Assembly: GCA_033812795.1 (NCBI GenBank)
Contig: JAPXSY010000001.1
Coordinates: 2,282 to 66,281 of the forward strand
Direction: 5' to 3'
Origin: Kiritimatiellia bacterium
GTDB lineage: Bacteria; Verrucomicrobiota; Kiritimatiellia; RFP12; UBA1067
DNA: 64,000 nt
A model generated the notes under the pieces. That model ran no database searches. It was not told the origin of the DNA and saw only the letters and a program-made list of their open reading frames with translations. The position numbers and the translations under genes were made by a program. Each line of letters opens with the position of its first letter. Position 1 is the first letter of the stretch. This document shows positions 1-10,090 of the stretch, piece after piece.

Positions 1-3000
1 GCATCTTCCCCAGATTGATCGCCTTCTGCAGCGCGAACTGCATCGGTTGCTGCTGACGCTTCATGGCGTAGAGGGTCGCCATGTCCAGCCACGCCTGCCA
101 GTCGTTCGGCCGCAACTGGAGATAGCGTGAGAGCGGCGCGGCCATTTTATCCGCGTTCCCCGCCTCCCCGTACACCCGGACCACCTCCAGCAACTGCTCG
201 GGCGGCATATTCTCCGGCATGCGCGCCATCACGATATCCATGGCCTTGCAAGCGCTTTCCCCCCGCTTCAGACCACTGAGCAGCGAACCGATCTCAAACA
301 TCCGCGTCACCGGCAGATTGGGAACAGTCATGAGTTGCTCCAAATACTTCGCGGCCGCATCGTTCTGCCCGAGGTCCCGATACGCGAGCGCCAGTTCGAA
401 CACTTCGTCCGGTTGCAGGGTTTGGCTCTGCTGCATCTTGGTGGTCAGGGCGCGCACTTTCGCCTCGGTGTTCAGAATCCGCCGGATGAAATCCACAAAC
501 CCGTACCCGCGTTCGTTGTTGGGGTCACGCCGGTTGTACTCTTCCAGAATCCGGATCGACTCGACGTACCGCGCCTGGGGCAACAGGACTTCCTGCACCA
601 AGCGGAAATTGGCCTCGGGACTGACCGGATAGAGCGTGCGCGCCTCCTGAAAGGCCCGCTCCGCCTCGGCGCGCAGGCCGTGCGCGGCATACAGGCCCGC
701 AATGGCGCTACGCAGTTTGGAGAACGATTTCTGGCCGGGCAGATCGCGCCGGAACAATGGATTACGCAACAGCCTCCGCACATACCAATCCCAGAAATCC
801 AGATCAGCCCGCACCGTCTCCGCAGGAATGGCCTGACGCTCAGGGTTGATCTTCAGGATGAGACCGTGGGGCGTCATGAACGGAAACATCCAGTTGATCA
901 CATAACTCTCCTCCACGTAAAACGCGTGGCGCGCTTTGTTTTTCGCGAAGATCATGTCGCACAGGATCCCGTTGATCTCCATCACGCCCAAGGCGCCGCT
1001 CACCTGCACCCGGCCGTTTTCAATCGTCAAGGCCGCATTCTTGGGACGCTTACCGGCCTGCACCTCATCCACGTAAACCTGAAAGGCGCGCGCGCTGTCG
1101 TCTGGCGTGGGGATCCAGATTTGGTTCCCATAGAGATCGCGCATGGTCGACATGTAGGTGTTGTCAGCCAAGGCGTTCTGCGTGATCAAAAACACGTCCG
1201 GCCGTACCTGGGCCGAGTAAATCATGTATGTCGGCACAAACCGGCCGGGATCCGTACCGCCGAAAAAGATCGCGTTGGGCTCCATCGCAGGTGGAAACAG
1301 CGGATTCGGCAGCGGCTCCTCGTCCGCCTCCAACTCCTCGGTGATCGCCTCCGCACCGCGCAACTGGTAGTTGCCGAACTGCCAACCGAAGTCGTGCCCG
1401 TTCTGCTCCGCACCGCTCATGGAGAAAACCAGATACGCGTTGGTGTAGTTCTCGTAGATCGGAATCGCGGCCAAAAGCACACCCGCACACACCAGACCGA
1501 TGCGCAACGGCTTCAGCAGACGGGCATTGAGCCAGCCGAGCCGCACCAGCCACTTCAGAATGCGATTGCCGAAGGTCAGTCCGAACGCCAGACCGTAGCC
1601 GATCCAAATCGCGAACAGCCCGTGCGAACTGATGAACTTGACCTTCTGGATAAAGGCGTCCTGCAAATCGCCCTTGATGTTCGCCAGCACCACCAGAAGC
1701 ACACTCATGACCAGAAACCCCGCTGCGGTCGCGATCATCCACTGCTGGGTCACCTGATCCATGTCGGAACGGAAATCAAAACGCTTTTCCGCAAAGGAAC
1801 GGAAGAAAAACCAGCCCGCCCCGCAGGCGGCAAGGATCACCAGCGCCAGCGCCAGCGAAGCCAGCCGGACCCCGATGCCGGGATCGCCCGTGCCGGAAAG
1901 CGCATGGGTCAGGCCTTTGGCGAGAAAAAGCGCGATCACCGCCAGCATCCCGCACAGCGAGATCCCCACAGTCAGCCCTTCAGAGAGGTTGCGCGCCTGC
2001 CAGGTGCGTTTCACAAACGCTTCCACCTGCGTGAGCACCACGGTCGCCCCCCCCACCACCAGCAGAAACAGGATCAGTCCGATCAGCAGCTTGTCGAGAC
2101 GCCAGAGCGGTTCACCGCCGGCAAACTCGGAGATCAGCACCAGCACGCAGGTCAACAGGTACAGGCCGCTGGCGACATACCCTGCGCGGATGCGCCGTTT
2201 CCCGACCCGGAAACTCCAAAGCGTAAAGGGCAAAAAGCCCAGCGTGGCGGCGATCAGCGTGAACTGCACACGCAAGTCGGTGAAGTAGGTGCCGAGTTGG
2301 AAGAGGAACTTTTTGGTGAACACATCGGACGGGGCAAGTTTTTCGTACTGACCGCGGGTGATGGCGTGTTTGAAACCTTCCCACGTACGCGGGTATCCCC
2401 AGTTCATCGGCGGGTTACGCAGATCCGAAACGATCGGCATGTAGATGTAGAAGGAGACCCCCAACTCCGCGAACAGCGTGGTCACAGCCACCGCCCGCCC
2501 GTTGGGAAGCAGTTGCCAGGCCAGCCCAATCACCACGAAATTCCAGATCACCGGCCACCAGAACCACCAGGAGGTCGGATGGGTCAGTCCGTTCATGCCG
2601 CCTTTGCGCAACAGCACAAACACGGCCAGTTGCACCGCCGCCACCGGCAGGGCGTAGAAGATGCCGCGCGGCAGCGTGACCGCCAGCAGAAACAGGACAA
2701 CCAATCCTCCTGCCAGCACCAGAGTCGGCAATGACCAGTTATACGGCTGCCCCATGTATCCGGCGGGCATCGCCGCGCCCCGGATGGCAGAGAGCCGGAA
2801 AAACAACAACAAAAGCGATACGCCTGCGGCGATCAGCCACGGCAGGGTTTCCCGCTCGCCCCACCGGCTTTTAAAGACATACGCGCCGCCTAAACTGAAG
2901 GCCAGCACCAGTACGGCCAACGCAGCCACGCTGGTGTACACACTGGGATCGAACAGCGGCGCATCGGTTGCCGCGACCTCCTTCATCCGGGTCGTCGCGG

Positions 3001-4030
3001 TGGAAAAGAAAATCAGCAGCGCACCCAGAATCGTCACGCCCGCCGTGATCCATGCGCCTTGAAGAGCCAGCGCATCCAGCCGCCCCCCCTTGCCGGTTCC
3101 GGGCTCGCGCTTGCTCACCGCGTTTCGGTGCCAAGATAACCCGTGGCCCACCGCCAACCCCAGCAACACACAGACGCAACCCGCAACCAGCAGACCCGGA
3201 GACGGCACGGAAACTTTCGAAAGCGGCTCCGCTTTAGCAAACGCGGGGCCGCCCATACCGGGCGAGGCCGGCACCATCGCTCCGATCTGCAACAGATGGG
3301 AGGTCAACAGCATGGGGATGCCCACCAGAAGAAAATCGCGGAACAGTGCGATGTCACGCAGGAAAATCATCACCACCAGCGGCAGGGCCGCCAGCAGCAG
3401 CACCTGATAATTCGTCAGCCCCAAGCCGAACACGAAAGCCGTCAGCCACAAGGTTTTTTCCGCCGGGCACCGCATCCAGCGATAGGTCAGCAGAAAGATC
3501 CACATGAGGAAAAAAGCGTTGAGGGTGTACACCTCCACGATCGTGGCCTGCGACCACATCACCGGGCTGAACGCGAAAACCAGACTGCCGCCCACACCGC
3601 CGGCCCAGCAGAGCAGGTCACTCTCCTGCTGTCTGAAATCCTCCTCGCCCTCGTGCGCGTCCCGCATCATGTCGGAAGCCGAACGCGTGATCAGCATTGC
3701 CGTGATGCCGGCCGCCAACGCGGCGAACACCGCAGACATGAGCGAAATGCTCCAGGCCGGTGTCGGCTGTCCCCGGAACGTGACCCAACTGAAAACCCGG
3801 GCGAACAGATAGGCGCACATCGTCCAGATGGGATAACCGGGCGGATGCGGCACACCCAGATGATCCCCGGCCACCGCCAACTCGCCCGAATCCTCCAGTG
3901 TGACGGAGGGTCCCAGCGTAAAAAAGTAGACGAGGAAAGAGATTATCGTGGCGGTCCAGAAAGCGGTCCAGTCGATCCGCCGGAAAAAAGCAAGATTGGG
4001 GCCAGAGCCCGAAAACCGGTTTTTCATCAT
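1..4030 (-). CDS. DUF2723-like polytopic membrane protein (putative glycosyltransferase-type) with C-terminal TPR repeats; 3' end lies beyond the window start
   Basis: Manual minus-strand translation from ATG at 4030 (MMKNRFSGSGPNLAFFRRIDWTAFW...) stays open to position 1 (more than 1340 codons). It shows many hydrophobic TM segments, then TPR-like helices (YRDLGQNDAAAKYLEQL, AEAERAFQEARTLYP). It is missing from the ORF track because no stop falls inside the window. The + ORF 335..2734 is its antisense shadow. Confidence 0.7.
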   Translation of the reverse strand, partial: MMKNRFSGSGPNLAFFRRIDWTAFWTATIISFLVYFFTLGPSVTLEDSGELAVAGDHLGVPHPPGYPIWTMCAYLFARVFSWVTFRGQPTPAWSISLMSAVFAALAAGITAMLITRSASDMMRDAHEGEEDFRQQESDLLCWAGGVGGSLVFAFSPVMWSQATIVEVYTLNAFFLMWIFLLTYRWMRCPAEKTLWLTAFVFGLGLTNYQVLLLAALPLVVMIFLRDIALFRDFLLVGIPMLLTSHLLQIGAMVPASPGMGGPAFAKAEPLSKVSVPSPGLLVAGCVCVLLGLAVGHGLSWHRNAVSKREPGTGKGGRLDALALQGAWITAGVTILGALLIFFSTATTRMKEVAATDAPLFDPSVYTSVAALAVLVLAFSLGGAYVFKSRWGERETLPWLIAAGVSLLLLFFRLSAIRGAAMPAGYMGQPYNWSLPTLVLAGGLVVLFLLAVTLPRGIFYALPVAAVQLAVFVLLRKGGMNGLTHPTSWWFWWPVIWNFVVIGLAWQLLPNGRAVAVTTLFAELGVSFYIYMPIVSDLRNPPMNWGYPRTWEGFKHAITRGQYEKLAPSDVFTKKFLFQLGTYFTDLRVQFTLIAATLGFLPFTLWSFRVGKRRIRAGYVASGLYLLTCVLVLISEFAGGEPLWRLDKLLIGLILFLLVVGGATVVLTQVEAFVKRTWQARNLSEGLTVGISLCGMLAVIALFLAKGLTHALSGTGDPGIGVRLASLALALVILAACGAGWFFFRSFAEKRFDFRSDMDQVTQQWMIATAAGFLVMSVLLVVLANIKGDLQDAFIQKVKFISSHGLFAIWIGYGLAFGLTFGNRILKWLVRLGWLNARLLKPLRIGLVCAGVLLAAIPIYENYTNAYLVFSMSGAEQNGHDFGWQFGNYQLRGAEAITEELEADEEPLPNPLFPPAMEPNAIFFGGTDPGRFVPTYMIYSAQVRPDVFLITQNALADNTYMSTMRDLYGNQIWIPTPDDSARAFQVYVDEVQAGKRPKNAALTIENGRVQVSGALGVMEINGILCDMIFAKNKARHAFYVEESYVINWMFPFMTPHGLILKINPERQAIPAETVRADLDFWDWYVRRLLRNPLFRRDLPGQKSFSKLRSAIAGLYAAHGLRAEAERAFQEARTLYPVSPEANFRLVQEVLLPQARYVESIRILEEYNRRDPNNERGYGFVDFIRRILNTEAKVRALTTKMQQSQTLQPDEVFELALAYRDLGQNDAAAKYLEQLMTVPNLPVTRMFEIGSLLSGLKRGESACKAMDIVMARMPENMPPEQLLEVVRVYGEAGNADKMAAPLSRYLQLRPNDWQAWLDMATLYAMKRQQQPMQFALQKAINLGKM

Positions 4031-4215
4031 AACGACAACTCACGCTTGTAAAGAAGACACTTAATTTACAATCCTTGCCTCTCACCGGCAAGGACAACTT
4101 TCCGTTTATACGCGCCACGAGGAGGGAACACGGCTTGAACAACCGGGGCGGCTGTGTTACGTTGGGCACATCCGTTCCCGGACCGGACAGCCCCGGCGGG
4201 ACAGAGGGAGCGCTC

Positions 4216-4884
4216 ATGCCGATACAGGTGATCATTGTAGAAGACGACCCCCGTCTGCGTTCCGGATTGCGCGAAATCATCAACAGCGATCCGGCCTGCG
4301 CCTGCGTCGGCGCGTACGGTTCGGGCGAGGAGGCATTGCAACAGGCGCCTGCCCTCAACCCGCAGGTCGCGGTGATGGACATCAACCTGCCCGGCATGGA
4401 CGGCATCGCGTGCGTGCGGCATCTCGCGGAAATCCTGCCCGAACTCCAGATCGTGATGCTGACCGTTTATCAGGACACCGACAACCTGTTCCGCGCTCTG
4501 GCTGCGGGTGCGCACGGCTATCTCGTGAAACCGGCCCGCGCCCGGGATCTGCTGGACGCGATCCGCGATATCCACCGTGGTGGAGCCCCCATGACCAGCG
4601 CACTGGCGCGTAAAGTCGTCGACGCGTTCCGTGACCGCGCCTCGCCCGCGCAACCGCCGCCCGCCGCCACCCCCCCGACCACCGAATCCGATGAGTTGGC
4701 GCCGCGGGAGAAAGAAGTGCTCGATCTGCTGGCGCAGGGTTTCTCGTACAAGGAGATCGCCGATAAACTGAATGTCGCCTTCGCGACGGTGCACACCTAT
4801 GTCCTGCGGATCTACAAGAAGTTGCATGTGCGATCCAAAAACGCCGCAGTGGCCCGTTGGCTCGGTTATCAACCTGGCGAATAG
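4216..4884 (+). CDS. Response regulator, NarL/FixJ (LuxR-HTH) family
   Basis: The REC domain starts at MPIQVIIVEDD and contains the receiver aspartate context MDINLPGMDG. The C-terminal LuxR HTH is EKEVLDLLAQGFSYKEIADKLNVAFATVHTYVLRIYKKL. ATG at 4216 has an AGGGAG SD upstream; the track ORF 4075 start is an upstream in-frame extension. Confidence 0.85.
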   Translation: MPIQVIIVEDDPRLRSGLREIINSDPACACVGAYGSGEEALQQAPALNPQVAVMDINLPGMDGIACVRHLAEILPELQIVMLTVYQDTDNLFRALAAGAHGYLVKPARARDLLDAIRDIHRGGAPMTSALARKVVDAFRDRASPAQPPPAATPPTTESDELAPREKEVLDLLAQGFSYKEIADKLNVAFATVHTYVLRIYKKLHVRSKNAAVARWLGYQPGE

Positions 4885-4899
4885 GAGAAAACGTCAACC

Positions 4900-6150
4900 A
4901 TGACCACTCCCCGACCGTTCGGACGTCGCGCGTTTTTACGGCTCGCCCATGCAGGCATGGCCGTTCTGCCGGTCATGACGGCAAAGCGAGTCTCCGGACA
5001 GTCCGCTGCGGTGCAGCCAGCAACGCGCACCTATGCGCGCCAAGTGAAACTGGGGCTGGTCGGCTGCGGCGGGCGTGGTTCGTGGATCAGCAATCTATTC
5101 AAGGCGAACGGCGGGTTTGTGATGACCGCTGTGGCCGATTATTTCGCGGATCGCGCAATGCGCGTCGGCGCCCAACTGGGCGTACCGCCGTCACGCTGTT
5201 TTTCAGGACTGGATGGTTACCGCCGCCTGATGGCGTCCGGCATCGAAGCCGTAGTGCTGCAGACGCCTCCTTATTTCTTCCCGGCACATGCGGAAGCGGC
5301 CCTTGATGCGGGATTGCACCTCTACATGGCCAAACCCGTTGCGATCGACATCCCCGGTACCCTGACGATCCAACGGCTTGCGGCCCGGGCGACACAGGAG
5401 CGGCGCGTGTTTCTCGCGGATTACCAGTTGCCACGCGACCCGGTGAATCAGGAGGTCGCCAAACGGATCCGGGCCGGCGCGCTCGGCCGACTGCAAACCG
5501 TTTTCTCCTCCGGCTGGGCGGGCGGCAACGGGTATCAGGACCCGCCTCTGGAGACCCCGATCGCGAACCGGCTCAAAGACCTCGTTTGGTGCAACGATCT
5601 CGCGCTCGGCGGGGATTATCTGGTGCATTACGACGTACACATCCTCGATGCGGTGGTCTGGGCCTTGGGAAAGAAACCGGTCGCCGCCATGGGCGCATCG
5701 GCAGCGCTCAGGCCCTCCGTGCACGGCGACGCACGCGACTCCAGCACCGTCGTGTTTCTGTTTGACGACGGCACGATCTGGTGCCATCAGGGTATGCTCG
5801 GATCGTATCATGACTGGCTCAAGGTCGGCCGGCTCACCGCGTCGCTACAGGGCACGCAGGGCGCGGCTTGTCTCTCCTACGCAGGAAAGGCATACGTGCG
5901 TGGCGGACCGCGCCATTTCAGCGGCGGCATCCCCAACCCCGAGGCAAGCGTCAAAACCAACATCGCCGAATTCCGGCAGGCGATCGAGACCTCTGCCTGC
6001 GACAACGCGCAGGTTCTGCGCGCGGTCGACAGCAACCTGACAGCGATCCTCGGGCGCGAGGCCGCCGCGCGCCGGGATCGGGTCACACTTGACACGCTGA
6101 TGCGCGAAGCGCGCGTTTTACAACCCGATCTCTCCGGCCTGATACGCTGA
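4900..6150 (+). CDS. Gfo/Idh/MocA family oxidoreductase with twin-arginine (Tat) signal
   Basis: RRAFLRL Tat motif at the N-terminus; Rossmann motif LGLVGCGGRGSW; 16 nt downstream of the response regulator stop. Confidence 0.85.
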   Translation: MTTPRPFGRRAFLRLAHAGMAVLPVMTAKRVSGQSAAVQPATRTYARQVKLGLVGCGGRGSWISNLFKANGGFVMTAVADYFADRAMRVGAQLGVPPSRCFSGLDGYRRLMASGIEAVVLQTPPYFFPAHAEAALDAGLHLYMAKPVAIDIPGTLTIQRLAARATQERRVFLADYQLPRDPVNQEVAKRIRAGALGRLQTVFSSGWAGGNGYQDPPLETPIANRLKDLVWCNDLALGGDYLVHYDVHILDAVVWALGKKPVAAMGASAALRPSVHGDARDSSTVVFLFDDGTIWCHQGMLGSYHDWLKVGRLTASLQGTQGAACLSYAGKAYVRGGPRHFSGGIPNPEASVKTNIAEFRQAIETSACDNAQVLRAVDSNLTAILGREAAARRDRVTLDTLMREARVLQPDLSGLIR

Positions 6151-6384
6151 CCGCGCCGTCGGCGCGGCTCCTTACCACGGCCACCATCCTGTCGGGGCGG
6201 AGACGCCCAACCGAAGGTACGGCAACACCGCCTCGGCGTGCGTGTCGTAGTTGAACACCGTGAAGCCGGACAAGCCCAACTCGCGGGTGATGAGGCGCGC
6301 GTTGCCGACCCTCTCCCGCTGCAAGGCAACGGAACTGCGGAAAGCGACGTTAGCCTCCGTGAAATCAAGTCGCGCACATTGATC

Positions 6385-6642
6385 TCAATCATGCCCGCTT
6401 CCGGTCCTGTGGGCGGCGTTCACGCCGCCAAACGCGGAGGGCAGCCGTGCGAACCCCGCCTCTTCCCACGAGGCCTGCGGCGTCCCGCTCATGGGCACGC
6501 ACAGCGCGCGCAACGTCTTGGTGTCGCGCACCGCTTGCCAAGCGGGAAACACCGCCTCCCCCTTCGGCGGCGCAGGGATCGTCTCAGCCCTTGCCCCGCC
6601 GATCCCCGCCACAAGCAGAAACACGATCCGAACGATCTTCAT
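6385..6642 (-). CDS. Small secreted hypothetical protein (possibly the 5' part of a frameshifted gene)
   Basis: Signal peptide MKIVRIVFLLVAGIGGARA; GGAGG SD about 7 nt upstream of ATG at 6642. A protein-like ORF in another frame continues downstream to about 6172 (see findings). Confidence 0.4.
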   Translation of the reverse strand: MKIVRIVFLLVAGIGGARAETIPAPPKGEAVFPAWQAVRDTKTLRALCVPMSGTPQASWEEAGFARLPSAFGGVNAAHRTGSGHD

Positions 6643-6770
6643 CCCTTGCCTCCGATCCCGTAAACACATAATATTTTACCTTCAATGGATCGAAAAGCCA
6701 AGAATGCACCACAAGGCGGGATCATCCGCATGTTCCGCAAGGACAAAGGCCTGTCTCGGGGAAACGCACC

Positions 6771-8894
6771 GTGACAATGGAACAGGACATCACCCGATTC
6801 AACCTCGTCTCGGCATATCAGCCTGCAGGTGACCAACCCGAGGCGATCGCCGCCCTTTCGCAAGGGTTGCGCGCGGGTGCGCGTCGGCTGACGCTGGAAG
6901 GAGTGACCGGATCCGGCAAAACCTTCACGATGGCCAATCTCATCCGCGAATGGGGTCGGCCGACCCTGGTCCTCTCACACAACAAGACGCTGGCTGCCCA
7001 ACTGTTCGCCGAACTCAAAGGGTTCTTTCCGGATCACGCCGTTGAGTATTTCGTCAGTTATTATGATTATTACCAACCCGAAGCCTACATCCCGCAGACC
7101 GACACGTATATCGAAAAAGACGCCTCGATCAACGAGGAGATCGAACGGTACCGGCTCGGCGCGACCAACGCCCTGCTCGGACGGCGCGATGTTGTGATTG
7201 TAGCCTCGGTCTCCTGCATTTACGGGCTGGGATCACCGGAGGATTATCGTGAGATGCTGGTCGACCTCACGTCCGGCTGTTCCGTCGCGCGCGATGCCGT
7301 GCTGGAGCAGCTCGTCGGCATCCAATACGTTCGTAACGATTACGAGCCGCAGCCCGGCACCTTCCGGGTGCGCGGCGACAGCGTCGACATCTTTCCCTCT
7401 TATGAGACCGACGGGTTACGCGTCACGTTCTTCGGTGACGAAGTGGAGTCGCTGCATACGCTGGACCCGGTGACCGGCCGGACCGGGAGTCCGCTTTCGC
7501 GCGTGGTGATCTCCCCCGCCAAACACTTCGTCATGCCGCGGGCGAAAATTGACGCCGCAACCAGCCGGATCGCGTGCGAACTGGATGCGCGGCTGGCCGA
7601 ACTGGAGCGTCAGGGGAAACTGCTCGAAGCCCAACGGCTGCGGCAACGCACGGACTTTGACTTGGAAATGCTGCGCGAATTGGGATACTGCAACGGTATC
7701 GAGAACTACTCCCGGCATCTGGCCGGACGTGTCGCAGGCGAGCCGCCTGCCTGTCTGCTGGATTATTTCGAGGGGGAGTTTCTCACCATTCTGGACGAGT
7801 CGCATGTCACGGTGCCCCAATTGCGTGCCATGTACAACGGCGACCAGGCACGGAAACAGACTCTGGTCGAGCATGGGTTCCGTCTGCCCTCCGCCCAAGA
7901 TAACCGGCCGCTGCGCTTTGAGGAGTTTCTGGACAAGGTCGGACCGATCGTGTTCGCTTCCGCCACGCCCGGACCGTACGAACGTCAGGTTAGCGAAATC
8001 ACGGTCGAACAGGTGATCCGCCCCACGGGGCTGCTCGACCCTCCGGTTGAAATCCGGCCGCTCGACAATCAGATCGACAATCTGATCGAAGAGATCCGGC
8101 GCGCCGCGGAACAGGGCGACCGCGTTCTGGTAACCACGCTGACCAAGCGTTCCGCCGAAGACCTCACCGCATACCTCACGGAGATCGGCATCCGGGTGGA
8201 ATATCTGCACAGCGACATCGGCGCGATTGATCGCGTCGCCATTCTCGGCCGGTTACGCACCGGCGCGTTCGACTGCCTTATCGGCATCAATCTTCTGCGT
8301 GAAGGTCTCGATCTGCCCGAAGTCGCGCTTGTGGCGGTGCTCGACGCCGACAAGGAGGGGTTTCTGCGTTCCGCCACCTCGCTGATCCAGACCGCAGGCC
8401 GCACGGCACGGCACGTGAACGGCCGCGTGATCCTCTATGCGGATCGCGAGACGGAGGCGATACGCAAGATGGTCGACATCACCCGCACGCGGCGCCAGCG
8501 GCAGGAAGCCTTCAATGCGACGCACGGCATCACCCCGCAGAGTGTCCGAAAGGCGCTCAACGAATCACTGGATCTGTATGCTCAGGCCCGGCACATCGAG
8601 GAGCGGATGTTCGCCGCAGAGTCGTCCGAATCCTACGACCTGTGCCGGGCAATTGCCGACACGGAGGCGGAGATGATCGCTGCGGCCGATGCCTTGGAAT
8701 TCGAGCGCGCGGCGCTGCTGCGCGATGAGTTGCGCGAACTTAAACACCTGCTGGCCACACCCGCCGGTCCGGAAACCGACGGTGCCAAGTCCACGAAACC
8801 GAAGAACCGCAGAACGCGCCGTCCGCAGGGCAAAGGCAAAGCGGCCGCGCCGCCGCAACCGGCTGGAAAACGCTCGGTGCGCCGCCGCCCGTAG
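6771..8894 (+). CDS. uvrB: Excinuclease ABC subunit B
   Basis: Walker A GVTGSGKT, the helicase motifs, and the UvrB/UvrC-interaction (UVR) motif near ALEFERAALLRDELRELK. It also carries an unusual ~35-aa Lys/Arg/Pro-rich C-terminal tail. Confidence 0.95.
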   Translation: MTMEQDITRFNLVSAYQPAGDQPEAIAALSQGLRAGARRLTLEGVTGSGKTFTMANLIREWGRPTLVLSHNKTLAAQLFAELKGFFPDHAVEYFVSYYDYYQPEAYIPQTDTYIEKDASINEEIERYRLGATNALLGRRDVVIVASVSCIYGLGSPEDYREMLVDLTSGCSVARDAVLEQLVGIQYVRNDYEPQPGTFRVRGDSVDIFPSYETDGLRVTFFGDEVESLHTLDPVTGRTGSPLSRVVISPAKHFVMPRAKIDAATSRIACELDARLAELERQGKLLEAQRLRQRTDFDLEMLRELGYCNGIENYSRHLAGRVAGEPPACLLDYFEGEFLTILDESHVTVPQLRAMYNGDQARKQTLVEHGFRLPSAQDNRPLRFEEFLDKVGPIVFASATPGPYERQVSEITVEQVIRPTGLLDPPVEIRPLDNQIDNLIEEIRRAAEQGDRVLVTTLTKRSAEDLTAYLTEIGIRVEYLHSDIGAIDRVAILGRLRTGAFDCLIGINLLREGLDLPEVALVAVLDADKEGFLRSATSLIQTAGRTARHVNGRVILYADRETEAIRKMVDITRTRRQRQEAFNATHGITPQSVRKALNESLDLYAQARHIEERMFAAESSESYDLCRAIADTEAEMIAAADALEFERAALLRDELRELKHLLATPAGPETDGAKSTKPKNRRTRRPQGKGKAAAPPQPAGKRSVRRRP

Positions 8895-8911
8895 TGTGCG
8901 GATGGCACACG

Positions 8912-10090
8912 CTAGAGCCGCTGGACGAATGCCGCCATGCGGTCCATCGCCTCTTTGAGCTGCTCCATGCCCGTCGCGTAGGCGCACCGCAGGAAACCCG
9001 CGCCGCAGGCACCGAATGCCGTGCCCGGTATACAGGCCACATTACATTCGTTCAGCAGACGGAGGGCGAAGGTGGTCGAATCCAACCCGGTCGACTGGAT
9101 GGAGGGAAAAACGTAAAACGCTCCGCGCGGCATGAAACAATCGAGCCCCATCTCATTGAGCGAGGCGACGATATAATTCCGGCGCAGATGATACGATTCG
9201 CGCATCGCGGCCACATCCGCCGCGCCATGCTGAAGCGCCTCGATGCCCGCCATCTGGGCCGTGGACGAGGCGCACATCATGCAGTACTGGTGAATCTTCA
9301 TCATGGCATCCGTCAGCGGCGCCGGTGCGCAGACATATCCCAAACGAAACCCTGTCATAGACCAAGCCTTGGAAAACCCGTTCAGGAAAATCAGTCGGTC
9401 GCGCAAGCGCGGGATGGCCGCTAAGGAATGGCGTCCGCCCTCGTACGTGAGTTCTGAATAGACCTCATCCGAAACCAGCAACAGGTCATGGCGGATGACG
9501 AAATCCGCCAGAGCCTCGGTATCCTCGCGCCGTAGCGTGGCGCCGGTCGGGTTGTTGGGAAAACTGACGAGCAGGACCCGCGTACGGGGCGTCACCTTCT
9601 TTTCCAGTTCCTCCACGGTGAGCCGGAACTCATCGCGGCGGAAGGTTTCGACCGCGACCGGCACACCCTGAGCCATGCGGATCAGGGGCGCGTAGGCCAC
9701 AAAGCAAGGCTCGTGGTACAGCACCTCATCTCCGGGCGATAACACGGCGCGCATCGCGATGTCGAATCCCTCGCTGACCCCAACGGTGACCAAAATCTCT
9801 GTCTGCCAATCATATTCCGCCCGGAAGGTGTCACGCATGTATCCGGCCAACTCCTGACGCAACTCGGGCATGCCGAGGTTCGAGGTGTACCGTGTCATGC
9901 CCCGTTCGAGCGAAGCGATCGCCTTCTCGCGGATATGCCAAGGCGTCAGGAAGTCCGGTTCGCCGATTCCGAGCGAGATCACATCTTTGCGGCTCGCCAC
10001 GATATCGAAAAAGTCGCGGATCCCCGATTTCGGCAGGTCACGCACCAGCGGGGAGACGAAATCATGGGCAGACTTGGAGACGGTCGTCAT
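8912..10090 (-). CDS. Class I/II pyridoxal-phosphate-dependent aminotransferase
   Basis: Aspartate/aromatic aminotransferase-like sequence with the PLP lysine context FSKAWSMTGFRLGY and NPTG motif; overlaps the upstream Lrp gene by 29 nt. Confidence 0.9.
   Translation of the reverse strand: MTTVSKSAHDFVSPLVRDLPKSGIRDFFDIVASRKDVISLGIGEPDFLTPWHIREKAIASLERGMTRYTSNLGMPELRQELAGYMRDTFRAEYDWQTEILVTVGVSEGFDIAMRAVLSPGDEVLYHEPCFVAYAPLIRMAQGVPVAVETFRRDEFRLTVEELEKKVTPRTRVLLVSFPNNPTGATLRREDTEALADFVIRHDLLLVSDEVYSELTYEGGRHSLAAIPRLRDRLIFLNGFSKAWSMTGFRLGYVCAPAPLTDAMMKIHQYCMMCASSTAQMAGIEALQHGAADVAAMRESYHLRRNYIVASLNEMGLDCFMPRGAFYVFPSIQSTGLDSTTFALRLLNECNVACIPGTAFGACGAGFLRCAYATGMEQLKEAMDRMAAFVQRL

Noticed and set aside
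335-2734. 799-aa + strand ORF, the longest in the first 4 kb of the track
   Set aside because: Arg/His/Gln/Pro-rich low-complexity translation with no domain-like segments. It is the antisense shadow of the real minus-strand DUF2723/TPR gene (1..4030), which the track omits because it has no in-window stop.
8895-8913. Hairpin GTGTGC-GGATG-GCACAC after uvrB as a Rho-independent terminator
   Set aside because: No T-run follows on either strand. It may still be a bidirectional stem between convergent uvrB and the aminotransferase, but this is not supportable as an intrinsic terminator.
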